Assembly (NCBI GenBank): GCA_028534125.1
Contig: CM052816.1
Coordinates: 20,090,001-20,154,000, forward strand
Reading direction: 5' to 3'
DNA: 64,000 nucleotides
DNA from: Lama glama
Taxonomy: Eukaryota
Position numbers and translations under genes: made by a program. Below, one piece after another: positions 13,836 to 27,352 of this stretch (position 1 is its first letter; each line of letters starts with the position of its first letter). Under the pieces are notes generated by a model that was not told where the DNA came from, made no database searches, and was given only the letters and a program-made list of their open reading frames with translations.

Positions 13836-13881
13836 ATGTGTGTGTGTATGTGCACGCGTGCGTACGCGCGCACACATGCAC
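13836..13881. repeat. 46-bp perfect alternating purine-pyrimidine tract
   Basis: atgtgtgtgtgtatgtgcacgcgtgcgtacgcgcgcacacatgcac read directly. Confidence 0.9.
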
Positions 13882-16056
13882 TTAGGAAAAGGTCTGGAAG
13901 GATGTCAGTGGTGGTTTCTCTGGGAGGGGGCTGCTAATTGAGATAATGGGAGACTTTTACTCTTTAATCTATATATTCCTATATTGTGTGACATTTTTAC
14001 AAGTGTGTGTTTACTTTCAAGTAAGAAGAAAAAAGAATTAAAAACAACATAAGCAATTGTCCTTATACATCATGAGGACCTAATAAGTGTGGGGATGTAC
14101 ACGTGCACGCATGACTAGTGGGGAAGTGTTCGAGATTTCTCCTGCCTCCTTTGGGGCTGAAAACTCTTCCCAGGGCCTGTCTTCCCTCAGGGCAAATCAC
14201 CCAGTGATTTGGGTGCCACAACCGGGTCTATCTCCTGTTCTTAAACCACTTCCTACATCCACCCTCCAACCCTCCTTGTGACTTCCCTGGGGGGCCTCCC
14301 TGTCCCCACCCTGTGCTTCCAGAGCCGCCTGCCTGTCTCCTTTGTGGCTTCCTCACCTTGGCTATCCCCTTCCATCCTGTGCAGTCCCACTGTGGGCAAT
14401 GCCAAGGCAGGATCGTGCCCCTCTTTGTTCTTCATTTATACGCACAGAGAGGGGTCAAATCAATGTTTGGCCAGTGAACCATAAAGGAACTGTCAGAGGG
14501 GCACTGGACAGGAAGGGACCTCTGAGATCAGCCAGGCCACTTTCCAACCTGACGCCCAAATGCACTCTGCTTGAAACCATGAATGACAGGGCAGCCACTC
14601 CCATCCAAGGCAACTCACCCTCGCTTCCTGTGTGAAGTGGCTTCCTTGCCTTAATCAGGAGAAGGGGCAGTGGCTGAGGCATTTCCCAGGTAAATTTGAA
14701 GTCTGTGGTCACTTCAGCAGGCAACATAGAAATTTGATGGGGTGAAATGAAATCCCTCCCTTTCTCCAGCAGGGAGAGGCCATTCCTGCTGCACATTGTA
14801 CCTCATCCAGTTCCAGCAGGTCAGCTCCACCCTAACCACTCTGTTGGCAGAGTAAATTAAGCATTAAAAACAAACTAATTAGTACTTCAGGGTAGCTTCA
14901 TTCAGAAAATTACCGCGCCAAAGAGGTGTCTCATTTAGAACCGACTTTATTAAAAGACGTTTGGTAAATTCCTGTAACAGATGACAGCACTTTCCAGAAA
15001 TGCCGTAATTGAATCGTTTTACTGCATATATCAAATGGTTATTCAATCTTTAATATCATAATTCCTTAAGAATGCCGTAGTCAGTGACAAACAGCAACCC
15101 TCGCAACAAAGGAGCCCCTTGTTCCCTCCTCTTGGCTCTGCAAACCGCGGGAAGTCGTAACTTCTCCGCTGTACTCGGTTCTGTGCGTTTTTAATGCCTA
15201 TGAGTAAATGCCAGCTCTGGGAGGAACCCGACATAAAGAATGGGAGGAAGCGTTGTTTCTGACTGGTTGATTTGTGGTTTAGGGAAAACGCATCTCTCCC
15301 AGGTGAGGCTGCAGGGGTTGGTTGAATACCTGCCACGGTGGGTGGGCTGTGGCCTGGAGGTAGCACAGAGATACTGCGTGGCCCAAGTTGCCCAGCAAAG
15401 TGGAGGTTCCTGCTCATCAGTGTGGGATGGGTGGGCATTGCTCCTGTCCTGGAATGTGGTGAGGCAGGCGGGATGGAGTGAACAACCTGCTCTGCCCCCC
15501 ACCCCCACCCTCGGACTTCCTCCCAGCCTGGCTCTCTAGGACTGAGCACTTCTCCCTACAGGCTGGGGGCCTGGCCTTCTCCCCAGAGCACCTGGCCCTG
15601 GCATGGCTCAGGGGAGGGACCTAGCAAACGGTGGGGGGTTGAGCAATAGGTCCATTGATCCAAGGGAAACTGATAGAATGCAGTCTCCCCGGCTTTGGAG
15701 GGGATGAGGCATTGCAGGGGCTGGTGAATAGAGTGGGGCCTTTTCGGAATAAACTGAAAGTCACCTTTTTGCTGACTTGCTTGGGGGGGCGGCTAGGCAA
15801 GTGGAACAACCACTCCTTGCTTCCGTTTCCTCATCTACAAAAGAGGTAGAAATGTCATGAGGGCCTGGGTTTGGGGGTCGGTGTGATCTGAGTTCGAATC
15901 CTGCTTGGTTGCGTTGTTGGATTTGGAGCCTCTGTTCCTTAACCTTGCAAAAGGGGGAGCATGGCCTCTGGGCAGGCAGGTGGGGGTTCAGTGACCCATC
16001 ACAGGCTTGTGGATGAAGCCCGACAATGCTCAAGACATTGGTTGGTGTTGATTGTT

Positions 16057-16235
16057 TTTCTTTTTTTTTCAACTTTTTTAAAGTTGTGAGTTATGATTTT
16101 TATTAATTTTGAGGGGGCAGGGTAATCAGATTTACTTACATATATGTTTTTTTAGAGGCGGTACCAGGGATTGAACCCAGGACCTCATGCATACTAAGCA
16201 TGTGCTCTACCACTTGAGCTATACCCTCCCTGCCA
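16057..16235 (-). mobile_element. tRNA-derived SINE (camelid Vic-1-like)
   Basis: Reverse complement of gggagggtatagctcaagtggtagag...gggttcaatccc; T-rich tail on +; 12-bp TSD GTGTTGATTGTT at 16045-16056 and 16236-16247. Confidence 0.9.
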
Positions 16236-17959
16236 GTGTTGATTGTTAATACTACTTCAGCTGGGTTTACAGGAAGAGGAAAGGGAGATGGAACAGCTGG
16301 TGTCACAACCAGAGAGTGAGTGACGGGACTCGCTGACTTACTCGCAAGGCTGTGACAAGGAAGCCCTCAAAAGGGAGCTGGAAGGGAAAGGCACCTTGGG
16401 GAGTTCTGACCCCGCACTAAAATGCAGGTTGCTCTGCAATAGTCTTTCTGTTGGGAGAGGGCTGGTTATTCGGTCATTTGGCCTGATCCGTGTGTCTTCT
16501 CTCTCGGCCCTGCGGGTGGAGCGCTTAGAGCGCAGTGTGAGAGCTGCTTGCAGACTCTGAGAATAGACTCATTTTCAGAGCGCAGAGTTCCATGGGGATT
16601 GGTGGACTCGCCTGGCTGACCCCCTCATCATATAGATGGGGATACTGAGGCACAGAGAGAGTATTTCAGGTTCCCACCTGGAGAGCCATGACCAGTGGGA
16701 GTCAGGGCCAGGCCTCCTGGGTTTTGGTCCAGGGCTTTGCAAGTCAGTGTGACGGTCCAGGCAGCCACTGGCCCTACCGGCCCCTTTGAGAAAGCTGGAA
16801 GAAGGGTTCCATCCTCTCAGCTGGAGGGTGTGGGCTGGACTTCAGCCTCACTGGCTCCCTTGACCACGCGCCTCCTGCCGGGCACAACCCATGCCCTTTA
16901 TGTGGCCTGATAAGCTGCCTGCTCTTCCCAAAGCCAGGATGCCGTGCGTGCCCTCAAGGACCACCCAGAAGCCTCTTCTATGGGGTGTGGGGAGTCAGAG
17001 GGTGGCTTCCTTCATCCTCCAGAGGCCTTCCCCCTTCTCCCCTGTGGTTCTTTTGCTGGGAAGTGGGGGAGGTCTTTATCTACCTGGGTCGCTGACCCTA
17101 TTCCTACCCTGACTCCATCACCCCCTTGCCCAAAGCCCATTCCCCGGTGTGCCCAGCAGCATCCTCACCCCAATTTGACATATTTCTAATATTCCATTTG
17201 AAGAATTTTTTGCATCCTTTGAGTTTTCCCAGGAGTTTCTTAAGCCAGTTCTTATTAGGACAATTCTGTCTTAACTCCAGGTCAACCAGTGCACTTTAGA
17301 AGCTTCTGAGAAGACATAGAAGACCTTGGGGGAAAGTCACTCAAGTGTAGAAGTGGCAATCCTTCCCCTGTAATTAGGAAAACACTAGCATCCAAAGAAT
17401 TTCTCACTCTCTTTATTTCACATTCCCTTTCATCTTCCCCCTGCCCAGAGGAGGGGGGACTCCTAGGGGGACTTGGAAGTGTAAATGGGGGCCTCTCTCT
17501 AGAGCATCCCTCAAAGGATGCACTGAAGAACTAAAGGGTTGAATAATTTAAAAGCAAATTGTACAACCCCTGAAAAATAGAATTATTAACTTCTCTGGAA
17601 AGGGAAGGTGTTTCAAAGCTGGAAACAGTGGATGACATAACAAAAGAATAGGTGGTGGGTTTAATACATCTAAATTTCCATGTATAAAACAAAACAAAAC
17701 AAAACATCATGGAAGGAAAAACATGCCTGAAAGCTTTAAAAAATGCACCATTTGAACCAGTAATTCAATTTCTGGGGAGTCTTTGCTAATGAATAGACCT
17801 TAAATATGGAGTTTGGTTATGCATTAAGTTGTTTATTGTAGAATTATTTACGAAAGTAGAGGGAAAAAAGAGAAAATAACCAAAATATGCTGAGACTGAG
17901 GAATGGCTAAGCCCATTTAAAAAAAATATTATGAAGTCGTTCACTGAGAGGCAGTGATA

Positions 17960-18190
17960 CAATATATTAGCATTGGCAATATAGGCTTGGGGTCAGTCAG
18001 ACCTGGGTTAGAGACCAGGTGAGACCTGGATAACCCTGGGACAGCTCTCTCTGTAAACTTTAGTTTATAAATCTGCAAAATGGGGATAATGATAGTACCT
18101 ACATCATAGGGTTACTGTGAGTGTCACATGAAAGAATGTTTCTAAAGTACTCAAGCCCTCAGTTGTCACATGTTATGATCATTATCATCA
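17960..18190. mobile_element. MIR SINE
   Basis: MIR core-like atctgcaaaatggggataatgatagtacctacatcatagggttactgtgag. Confidence 0.75.
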
Positions 18191-20129
18191 TTTTTGCATA
18201 ACAAAAAATTACCTATGCTCATTCATTCATTAATTCAGCAAACAGATATTGAGGTCCTATTTGTGGCAAGTGCCGCTCTAAACTCTGGAGATATAGCAGT
18301 AAGTAAGTTAATGCAGCACCAGCACAGATATGTTAAAAACAAAAAGATGCCCAGTGGAAAAAAAGATGAGAAGGGAATAGACCAAGACATTAGCTATAAT
18401 TGTCTTTGGACAGTGAGGTCATTGGGTGGGGGGTCCGTCCTCACCACCCCACTTTCTTTAATGAGTATGACTTTCTTTTATGAGTAGTGATGGAATTTCT
18501 ATGTTTTTAAAAAGTCAGAGAAAAATGTTGGAGCATACTGATTAGTCTTTTATGACCCAGGATCATGCCGTGATGTGGGTGTTGTGAAAAGCAGGGCACT
18601 GCAGTGAAGCGTGCCTCGAAGATCCCCCCACATGTCCTGCTTCACTGCCAAGCCAGCCTCACCGCCCCACGTGGGAACACCACAGGTCATGTGCTGATTT
18701 GCTTTGCGTATATCCACATGGCACAAAAAGGTGTGCAGAATCAAAACAGAAAACAGCAAAGGCAAAAAGGAAACACCCCGGAGGGTTGCAGCAGATGGCG
18801 GGGTCTGCAGAACCATGAGCAAATGAAATACTTCCTGGACGTATGACAGTGAGGAGGCAGCTTCAAGGGACCAGGGGGAGGGGCCTGGGAGGCAGTCTTT
18901 GGTGGCCCGGAGTTTCCGCCTGTGGGACTGAATGGAGACCCCGTGGCCTGGAGATGGGCAGGAAAGCATCTTCTCTCTCTCCTACAGAAATGGTCCTCTG
19001 AGGCCTGGCTCATGCCCTTCCACCCTGGAAGCCTGCCTAAGCCCCGGGGACCTCTTCTTACCCCATCCTAACCTCCTGTTTGGAGAGACCTCGGCAGCAC
19101 CTCTGACGTCATCCTCCCTCCAAACTGTGGGGACCCACCGAATCTCTGTTGCCTCTGTCTGGGCACCCACTCCGGGGGGGCGGGACCCCATGGACTGCTT
19201 GCATGCAACACCCAACTGTTTTAGCCAGGATTTCTTCCCTGCATCAGGCTGCTTTTCATGCAAGAAACAGTCTTTTTTCCCTTTCTGTGACCCACTTAGT
19301 TATCAAAGGCTTCATTCCCTGGGGAGATTCCAGGAAAGCGGCACCCCACTGCTCTGGGGCGGCCAGGAGAAGGCTCCAAGGGTCAAGGGCACTATCTTGG
19401 TTACCAGGCCTGCTGGGTGCACGTGTGCCTCCCTTCCCTCTCCGGTGCTCACTTCTCGGATTTCTAAATGGGGTGAGTAGGGGGCTGGGGGCCAGCTGAG
19501 ATCAATGCCTCAGCTCTGACAATGACGTAAGCTCTCTGCAGCCTCAAACCAGGCTTCACGGTGGCTCCCCCTCGTCCCGCTTCACGGGTGGGATGACCGA
19601 GGTGCTGAGACATTAAGCCACACGCCCAAGGTCACCCCACTAGTAGGTGGTGGACTGGCATGAAAAGCAAACCGAGTGCCACTGACCTGTCTGCACAGCA
19701 CATTTTAGGAGACCAGCTTCTCTTTCCTCCATCCTGCGGTGCTGCTCAAAAGGACACCGAACTGGGGGACCCACAGCCTGAGCTCTGGCCTTCACCCAAC
19801 CCCTTCAGACCTCGGCTAGGTTCTTCCATTTCTGGGTGTGGTGCGCAGAAAAGTGTTCCCCACCTCCCTGAAATGTCTGCGTCCTAATCCCCAGAACCTG
19901 GGAACAGGCTCCCTTACATGGCCAAAGGGACTTTGCAGATGTGCTTAAAGAGCTTGAGAGGGGAGACGAGGCTGGATTATGCAGGTGGGGCCAAAGAAAC
20001 CACAAGGCTCCTTCCAGCGGGACTCAGGAGAGCCGGTGAGAACAGGGGGCACAACAAGAGCGGAGGTGCCGGGTGTTTGGCGCTGCTGCGCGGCTGGCCC
20101 TGCAGACCGGGATGAGGTCGGGAGCCCAG

Positions 20130-20322
20130 GAAGGCAGGCAGCCAGTAGAAGCCGGGAAAGGCAAGAACATGATTCTCTCTGAGAGCCTCCTGAAGGAAGG
20201 CAGCCCCGTGCTGACCCCTTGATTTGAGGACTCCTGACCTCCAGAGCTGTGAGATAATCAATCTGTGTTGTTTGGAGGCACCATGTTTGTGGTAATGTGT
20301 TCCAGCAGCAACAGGAAACATA
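20130..20322 (+). mobile_element. MLT1 (MaLR) LTR 3' part
   Basis: ggaaaggcaagaacatgattctctctgagagcctcc...gacctccagagctgtgagataatc...cagcagcaacaggaaac. Confidence 0.75.
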
Positions 20323-23300
20323 GAAGGGCACCAGCTGTGCCCTCTGTGAACAAGGCAGCCTGGCCACATTGTGCTTTCTCCACCAGCAGCCAAGTCCAAG
20401 CCAGCGGGGCCTGGGGTTGTTCTGACTGACTACGTGGACTTTCTTTGGGAATCTTGATCCCTGGCCGTGCTTTTTCCTCCCTGGAAGGAGGTGTTGCTTT
20501 GTCTTTGGTGGCACTAGAGGGCTGGCCTGTGACGAGGTCAGGGAGGAAGGAGTGGGGCTTTGCAGAGCAGACCTTCTTGGGGGTTGCTGGGCCCTTGGGC
20601 TGGGCCTTGACTTGAGACTAGTCCCCTAAAGGCCGAAACTGCCCTCTGGCTCCCGTGCAGAACTGAGGCCCTCGCCCCAGCCTCCTTTCCTCAGCATGGC
20701 CTGGGCTGAGGGTGTCTCCATGAGGGCTCTGCTCTCCATGTGGCCCGGTTCTCTCTTGTGTTCCCAGCACTGGTGCGGTGACTTACATGGAGCAGGTGCT
20801 CAAGAATTGTGTATATGAATGATGCAGTGACACACACACAGAGACACAGACAGCTCAGCAAATCACATGGTTATCTCTATACCTGGACACACACTTAGAC
20901 AGGCACCTGCATACAAGTGCACACACACCCCGACAGGAATGTGCACACACACACAGATGTGCACACACATGTGCTGTTGATCCCTTGTTCTGGAGAAGAG
21001 GATTCTCTGTCCCCCTGAGAGAGTTGCAATGCTGGCTAGCTAACAGGGCCTTGGAAGTTATTATGAATCCACGGGCACTGGGGGCTTCCCTGTGGGGCCC
21101 AGCAGCTGAGGGGAACCGGGCAGGAAGGACGGGCAGATCTCCCATTGATAGTTGGTGGGTAGCCAGATGTTGGCTGCCGTTGGTGGGTACACACACCTGC
21201 ACACAATGGGATCTGGAGCTGGGCATGGGGAGGGGACAGGGCCCCCTGCACAGATGTCTGCATCCGCCTCCCTCCAAGTAGAGATGAGCCTCTGAAGGTT
21301 AGACCCCACATCACAACCCACATGGGATCCTGGAGGAGGCCCAACTTCAGGGCAATTATGGAAATGAGGAAGAGCAAGGTAGAAAATCCCCCTGGTAAAG
21401 AGACAGGAGAGGGATGGTACCGAGCAGAAAAGAGGCCTGCTATGGAGTTGGAAAGATAGGGTTTGGGTCCATGTCCCAGCTGTGTGACCTGGGCTGGGTC
21501 ATGAGTGTCAGCTTCATCATCTCTGAATTGGGCCAGTGAAGGCACCAAGTGGTCAGGGCTGGAGGGAGGACTGGAGGAGAAAATGAGAGTCAGGGGCTCA
21601 GTTTGTTGCCAGAGAACTCCTAAAGGGTAGTTTAAGAAAATGGAGGTACTCGGTCCAAAGTCTACTCAACCCAACCTAGACTGGAATAACCAGGGAGGCA
21701 GGGAGGGATCCTCTCCAGCTACCTCCCATCAGTCAGTCCCACGGTCTAGAATCCTGCTCTGGGTGGGCTGATTCCTGGGAGGGGTACGACCCATGCTGAC
21801 ATGGTACTGGCTTGCTGTGTGACCTTGAGTAATTGCTTTGCCTCTCTGAACCCCAGCTGCTTCATTCTCTTCAGCTTGGAGAGACCTGAGGCTCAAATGA
21901 GACTGTGTATCTGAAAGTCTTAGGAGAAGTGAGGCATCCTCACTCAGCTGGGAGCATCTCTGGTCATCCTTGGACATTCATATTGATGATACTCAAGCTG
22001 ACCCTTGAGTCTCTGACCACTGTCCTCCTTCCACCTCCTGCCACACTAGGCTCATGGGTGTTCACTGAGGCTGTTGACAGGATCCAACAGCACCAGCTCG
22101 GCCTCTGCAGGCCTGGCTTCAGATGCTCCCACTCCTTTCAAATTCAGGAAAAGACCTGGGTAAAGTCCCCAACAAGCATGTCTCCCATGGCCCATATGCC
22201 CTGGGTATTGAGATGGAAGGAGCCCCCAGATACTTGGAGGGCATCCTGATTTCTGCCCTGCTGTGCGGTCCTTCCTGGAGGTAGAAGCCTGGGGAAGCCC
22301 AGTTTCATCAGGAAGCACAAGTCCTACGGGTGATGTAGGACCTGACCAAGTCCACGTCCCCGTTCTCTCACCTGCTGGTCAGGAGCTCCCATGGGGCAGG
22401 GCCCAGATATATTTCACCTGGTCCTGGGCACTCAGCACGGGCTAATAGGCTAGGGATGCTGACATGGAGGGTAGGTTGGGGCTGTGAGGTCCCAAGTCAC
22501 AGGCTCAGGCTCCACGGCCGTGTGCAACTCCTTACCCCTCCTTGCTAAGGGAGGAGGCCCGGCCCCATCAGGGCCTGGTCTCCTGCCAAGTCCACACTGT
22601 GCAGGGTGAGTGTGGGGTGGCCATGGTCTTGAGCCGTCACTGCGGCTGTCCCACCTGGGGCACCAGTGCCGGGTCAGCGGGCAGCCTTGTTTCCAAGCCC
22701 GCCACACCCTCCCCTGACTCATTCAGAGACAGCATTGCCACGAGGGTTTCTGGCCTCTGAATTTACCTTTGGTTTGGTTTCTGCTCGGGCAGCTCAGAGC
22801 AGTTTTGTTTTTAAGTGCAAACCCACAGAACTGCTTTCCCCTATCTCTGATCCCCCAAAACAAACAAAGGATGTTGGTCTGCATTTTGGTTTGTTTTGAA
22901 GCTGAGGGAAATGGGTCACCTCGGGAGCTTCGAGGGTGGCCAGGCGGGTTAGGGAGTGTGAGGGTGTCTGGGGAGAGGTGTCTGGTGGCTGGGGTGGCAC
23001 CTCACTCCCTCAGAGGGCAGGTCGGCCAGCCTGCCCCGCGTGGGTCATCAGCCATAGGGATACTTGGAGCTGGGGACTCTTCATGGGGCTAGGGAAGGGC
23101 CCCACATTGAAGGCAGCAGGCCTGGGTCAGAGGTGTGGCTCTGGCTGATACTAGGCAAGAGCTGCCCCTCTGTGAACTTCGGTTTCCTCCCTGGTGAAAT
23201 GAGGGATTGGGCTCTGTTCCACTCTGTGTCTCCCACTCTCAGTGTGGGGCAAGTGAGGTATCCCCCATCCAGAGCCACTCACGGCATTGACTTCTGGGGT

Positions 23301-24556
23301 CCAGCTGAGCAGTCAGTCCTAGGCCCATTAGAAAGTGTGTCATATCCTGCTGGGACCTTATATCCTGCTGGGATCTTGGCCGTCAGGCCTCCTCTCCTCC
23401 AGCCCCAGCTCCCCTCCTCCATCTTCCTGCTAGTCTGGTAGAGGCTACCACATAGCCTGGGGCCATAATCCACGGATGTGCCCCGTTGGGCCTGTGACCC
23501 CTCCCGTAAGGTATGCAGGTACCTGAAGCAGAAAAGGTAGTTCAAGGAATTTTCAGTCTATGGGCAGGAATACCTATTTTCTGCTACTTCCCTAGGAAAG
23601 AAGTCACCTGAGCAAGGTGAGCTCCATCGTGCCCAGAGCCTGCAGGTGGCCAGAGATGTTGAGAAGGAGGCCCTGGGCTGGCCAAGTCCTTGAACCACCA
23701 AGGGAAGGGGCCAGGAGTGATTCCCCTCGAGTGGGTCCAGTGGCAGCAAGATGAGCAAAGTGCACATGTTTATTCTAGAATAAATGAACTGGATCCCAAA
23801 TATTTTAAATTTCTTTATTAAAGTCCATCTGTTTGGATAACTCTTAATCTTTTGTATTCTTAATCTTTCAGGTGAAAGCTATAGACTCTCTTCTTGGGGA
23901 AAAAATCGCACACACAGAATTTTGGGCCAGATTTGAAGGGTTTCATAACACTCCACGTTGCATTCTTGGAAAGTTAAGGTAATTCAGGGACAAATGCCTT
24001 CCTAGACTCTCCTCTTTCTTGTTCAGGGAGTAGGCACTACTGAGTAACTGGGGTTTTCTTCAAGGGCATTTCGAGATGGGTACCACCACTTCTTTTAAGG
24101 CATGAGTGTTGCCCTCTTAGAGATTACTCTTGGTTGCCAAAGGGAAAGGTAGCATTCTTGCTACCTTGACTGGGAACTAAGCCCCCTCCTCCCCCGGGCC
24201 TTTGGAGAGGCCTATTTTGGTGTCCCTAGAGCTCCTGCACCCGGAAGGGGTGTGCTGGCACCCCTTGTTTTCTTGGTTGACCAGATCACAGGTGTAGGGG
24301 AATTTGCTCCGTTTGTAAGTGAGAGCGGTGTTGTTTCTGGGATCCCCTGCAGCCTATTAAGACCCAGGCGGGCTCCAGCCAAGAGCAGCCTGGAAATCTG
24401 GGGGAAACGCCTCTAGGCAGACATCCCACACTCTTAGGATGAAAAAACCTGCTAGAGGCCAGAGGCTAGTGTCTGCACCCTTAATTTTAAGGATTTGGTC
24501 TCCTCCCAGCGACTCAGCAGATTGAGAACCGCCCATCGTGCCTTTGCATTAGCTTC

Positions 24557-24575
24557 TACCGCCATCTGGTGGCCA
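24557..24575 (-). promoter_or_regulatory. CTCF motif (reverse orientation)
   Basis: Minus strand reads TGGCCACCAGATGGCGGTA, near-perfect against the CTCF core consensus CCASYAGRKGGCRS. Confidence 0.65.
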
Positions 24576-24639
24576 ATTCTCTAGCAGCAACCAGGTCTGC
24601 ATTTGGCTGTAGAAGGTGGTCAGCCGCGGCTGCGCGGAA

Positions 24640-24658
24640 GAGTCACCAGAGGGCGCTT
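24640..24658 (+). promoter_or_regulatory. CTCF motif (forward orientation)
   Basis: GAGTCACCAGAGGGCGCTT, one mismatch to the core consensus. Confidence 0.55.
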
Positions 24659-26019
24659 TTCGAAGTATTGCCTTCGGCGGGGGGCCATCCCAGAGCAATT
24701 AAACCGTCCTCTCTTGGGGTGGGCGGGCACCCGGGTGTGCAGAACTCTCCAGATGATACCAATGTGAAGCCAGGGCTGCGAATCACTGCAGCACCAAAAG
24801 GTTGGTTCCCGGGTCCTCTGCCAGCCCTCGAGGAAGTGTGGGTTGAGGTGGGGAGAAATTCCAGACTCTTTCTGAAGAACATGCTTCATTTCCCTCATGT
24901 GGGCCCGCTGCAGTGCTGTGACAATTCAGTGGCATGTGGGTCAGCGGATCACGACCGGGTCGTTAGAGAATATTGTAAGTAAAGGATGTGTCTGTGACTA
25001 GGCCTTTACCTCAGTGTCTGTGGACATTTTGTTGGGGTCCACAGGTTTTGTACGGGCATTTGCTCATTGTATGTTTTGTCTCAGTGATAATATTTACAAG
25101 TCAACATAGACACGCCTTGCATTACCTGGCAGGCTGTTCACTGACTTTGTCTCCAGAGGTTTTGTGGTCTACGGTAGACTTGCAGCTTACTGTCATACTG
25201 ATGTGCAGGAACTACTTTGTTACCGGCTGATTAGCAAACGGCGAGGACTTACTTGGTGAAGCATGTGTTCCAACCAGGCAAAAGCTCAGGGAACACACCA
25301 GATCATTCTACAAATGAAGGTTTTATAGCAGTTTGAATCAAGAAAAGTAGGCTTGGGAGAATTGAGTCATCTTTCCAAAAATCTTTTCATGTTTTCAAAA
25401 CAACACTGTAGTTATTTTGAACTCATAAGCACCTGCCTCATGCTGTCCTACATATATTCACATTGTGAGTGATGTTTGGGGGTAGGGTGTGGGGAGAGGA
25501 GCCACTGGTATTTGGGTGAGAAAGAAAGTCTCCACTCTTGATCTGGGCAGTCAAAACCCCGGAAGCTCTGCTCCTGCCCTTCTTCCAATCTCTTCTCATA
25601 CTGTTAACACCCTCACTGGCTTCACTCCAGCCACAGTCAGCCTTTTTTGCTTATCAAACATATCAAGCTTGTTCCCCGCTCAGGGCCTTTGCACTTGCTG
25701 TTTGTTTTGCCTGGACCACTCTTCCCTCAGACGTTTACATGGTTTCCCTTCTGAGTTTTCCCGAGGCTTCAGCCCTTACCTTTTATTGCCACCCTAAGTA
25801 AACTAGAACACTTATCTAATCTTCTCCCCATTTCATGTTCTCTGTTGCACTTTTCACTCTTTGAAATGTATCATTTATATATATTTATTTGTTTCCTTGT
25901 TTATTGTTTGTAAACTCCATGCTTTGTAACTCTTTGAGGATAGAGGCCATATCTAGCATTTATTACAGTAGCACAGTCCCTCACACATAGATGTGATTTA
26001 ATTAATTCTCTTTTAAAAA

Positions 26020-27350
26020 GCTCCTTTATTTTGAAATAATTTTAATTGTAAAAATAGTACCGAGAGTTCAGATGCACTTTCACTCTGCTTACCCTAATAC
26101 CAGGATCATTTATAATCACAGTAAAATGGTCTAAAAAGAGGAATTACTACTGATACAATACAATTCACTAATCTACAGATCTTAATAGAACTTCAGTTGA
26201 CTAGTGTCCTTTTTTTCAATCCAGAGATTCTATCCTGTTTTTAGTTGTGTTGTCTCTATTTTCTCCCAGTCTGGGGTTGTTCCCCAGTCATTCATGACTT
26301 CACACTTGAAGAGTATTGGCCGTTTGTTTTGTGACTGTCCCCCGGTCTTTCCCGATTAGGCTGAGGTTGTGCGCGCTGGCAAGAACACCGTGGAAGTGGT
26401 GCCGTGTTCTTCCCTGAGTGTGAGGTCAGGAGGCACGTGTGCTTATATGTCTCATTACTAGGGATGATAACTTTGATCATGTGGTTAAGGTGGTGTCTGC
26501 CAGGTTTCCTCGCTGTAAAGCTACTATTTTTTCAGTTTGTAATTAAAAAATATCTTGAGAGGAAACACGTTCAGACTATGCAAATATTCTATCTCTTGTC
26601 ATGTTTTCGCTCACTAATTTTAGCATCTGTTGACAGTTCTTGCCTGCAACAATTACTGTGGTGTTTGGCAAAGGGTGACTTTCTATTTCTAGTAGTTCCT
26701 CTTCATTTATTAATTAGGATTCTAAGGTAAGGAAAAGTTGTCCCTTCTACTCCATTTGTTTATTTAATATTTATTTATATCAGTATGGATTCATGGAGAT
26801 TTATTTTATTCTGTGGATTACAATTAATTAATATCCTTATTTGTTGCTCAGATTTTCCCAGGTCTGGCAATCAAGAGCTCTTTCAGATTGTCTCCTGTGT
26901 ACACCCATATACTTTTTTCTTAGCAAATTTGTAATTTCTGGAATCACAAAATATACCAGTCTTGTCTTATACTGTCCCTGCCTCAGCCCTGGCGGCAGCC
27001 ATTTTTCCAAGGAGCCCTGGTTCCCTCTCCTGGAGCATGGTGCTTACACACCAAGATCTGGGGACCAGGTGGACTCATCGTCACTGAAGCATCATTGCTT
27101 CTAAGCCCTGTCAGTGGACAAAGCTGTCCACTGTGTGTAGACACATAGACCCACACCTCCATCTCTTTCTTTTCTCTCTCTCTCTTAAACAATCGTGAAT
27201 TTATATTGATACCTCTGATCCCAATTCAATACCCCAGGGTTTATTTTAACTTTCTTTCCTTTCCTTATTTGTAACTCCTTTCTTCAAAAGTGAAAGCCTT
27301 GGTCCTCATTATCCACATGTACTTACTTATTTTCCTGTTCCCACTATACA
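26020..27350 (-). mobile_element. Old L1M (L1MB/MC-type) 3' region
   Basis: T-rich antisense L1 3' sequence (tttattttgaaataatttt...cagccatttttccaaggagccctggttcc); the same motifs recur at 56.9-57.9 kb. Confidence 0.7.
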
Positions 27351-27352
27351 CA

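Noticed and set aside
20510..20525. Weak CTCF-like motifs here (GCACTAGAGGGCTG) and at 43401-43414
   Set aside because: Partial matches at a level expected by chance in GC-rich DNA.
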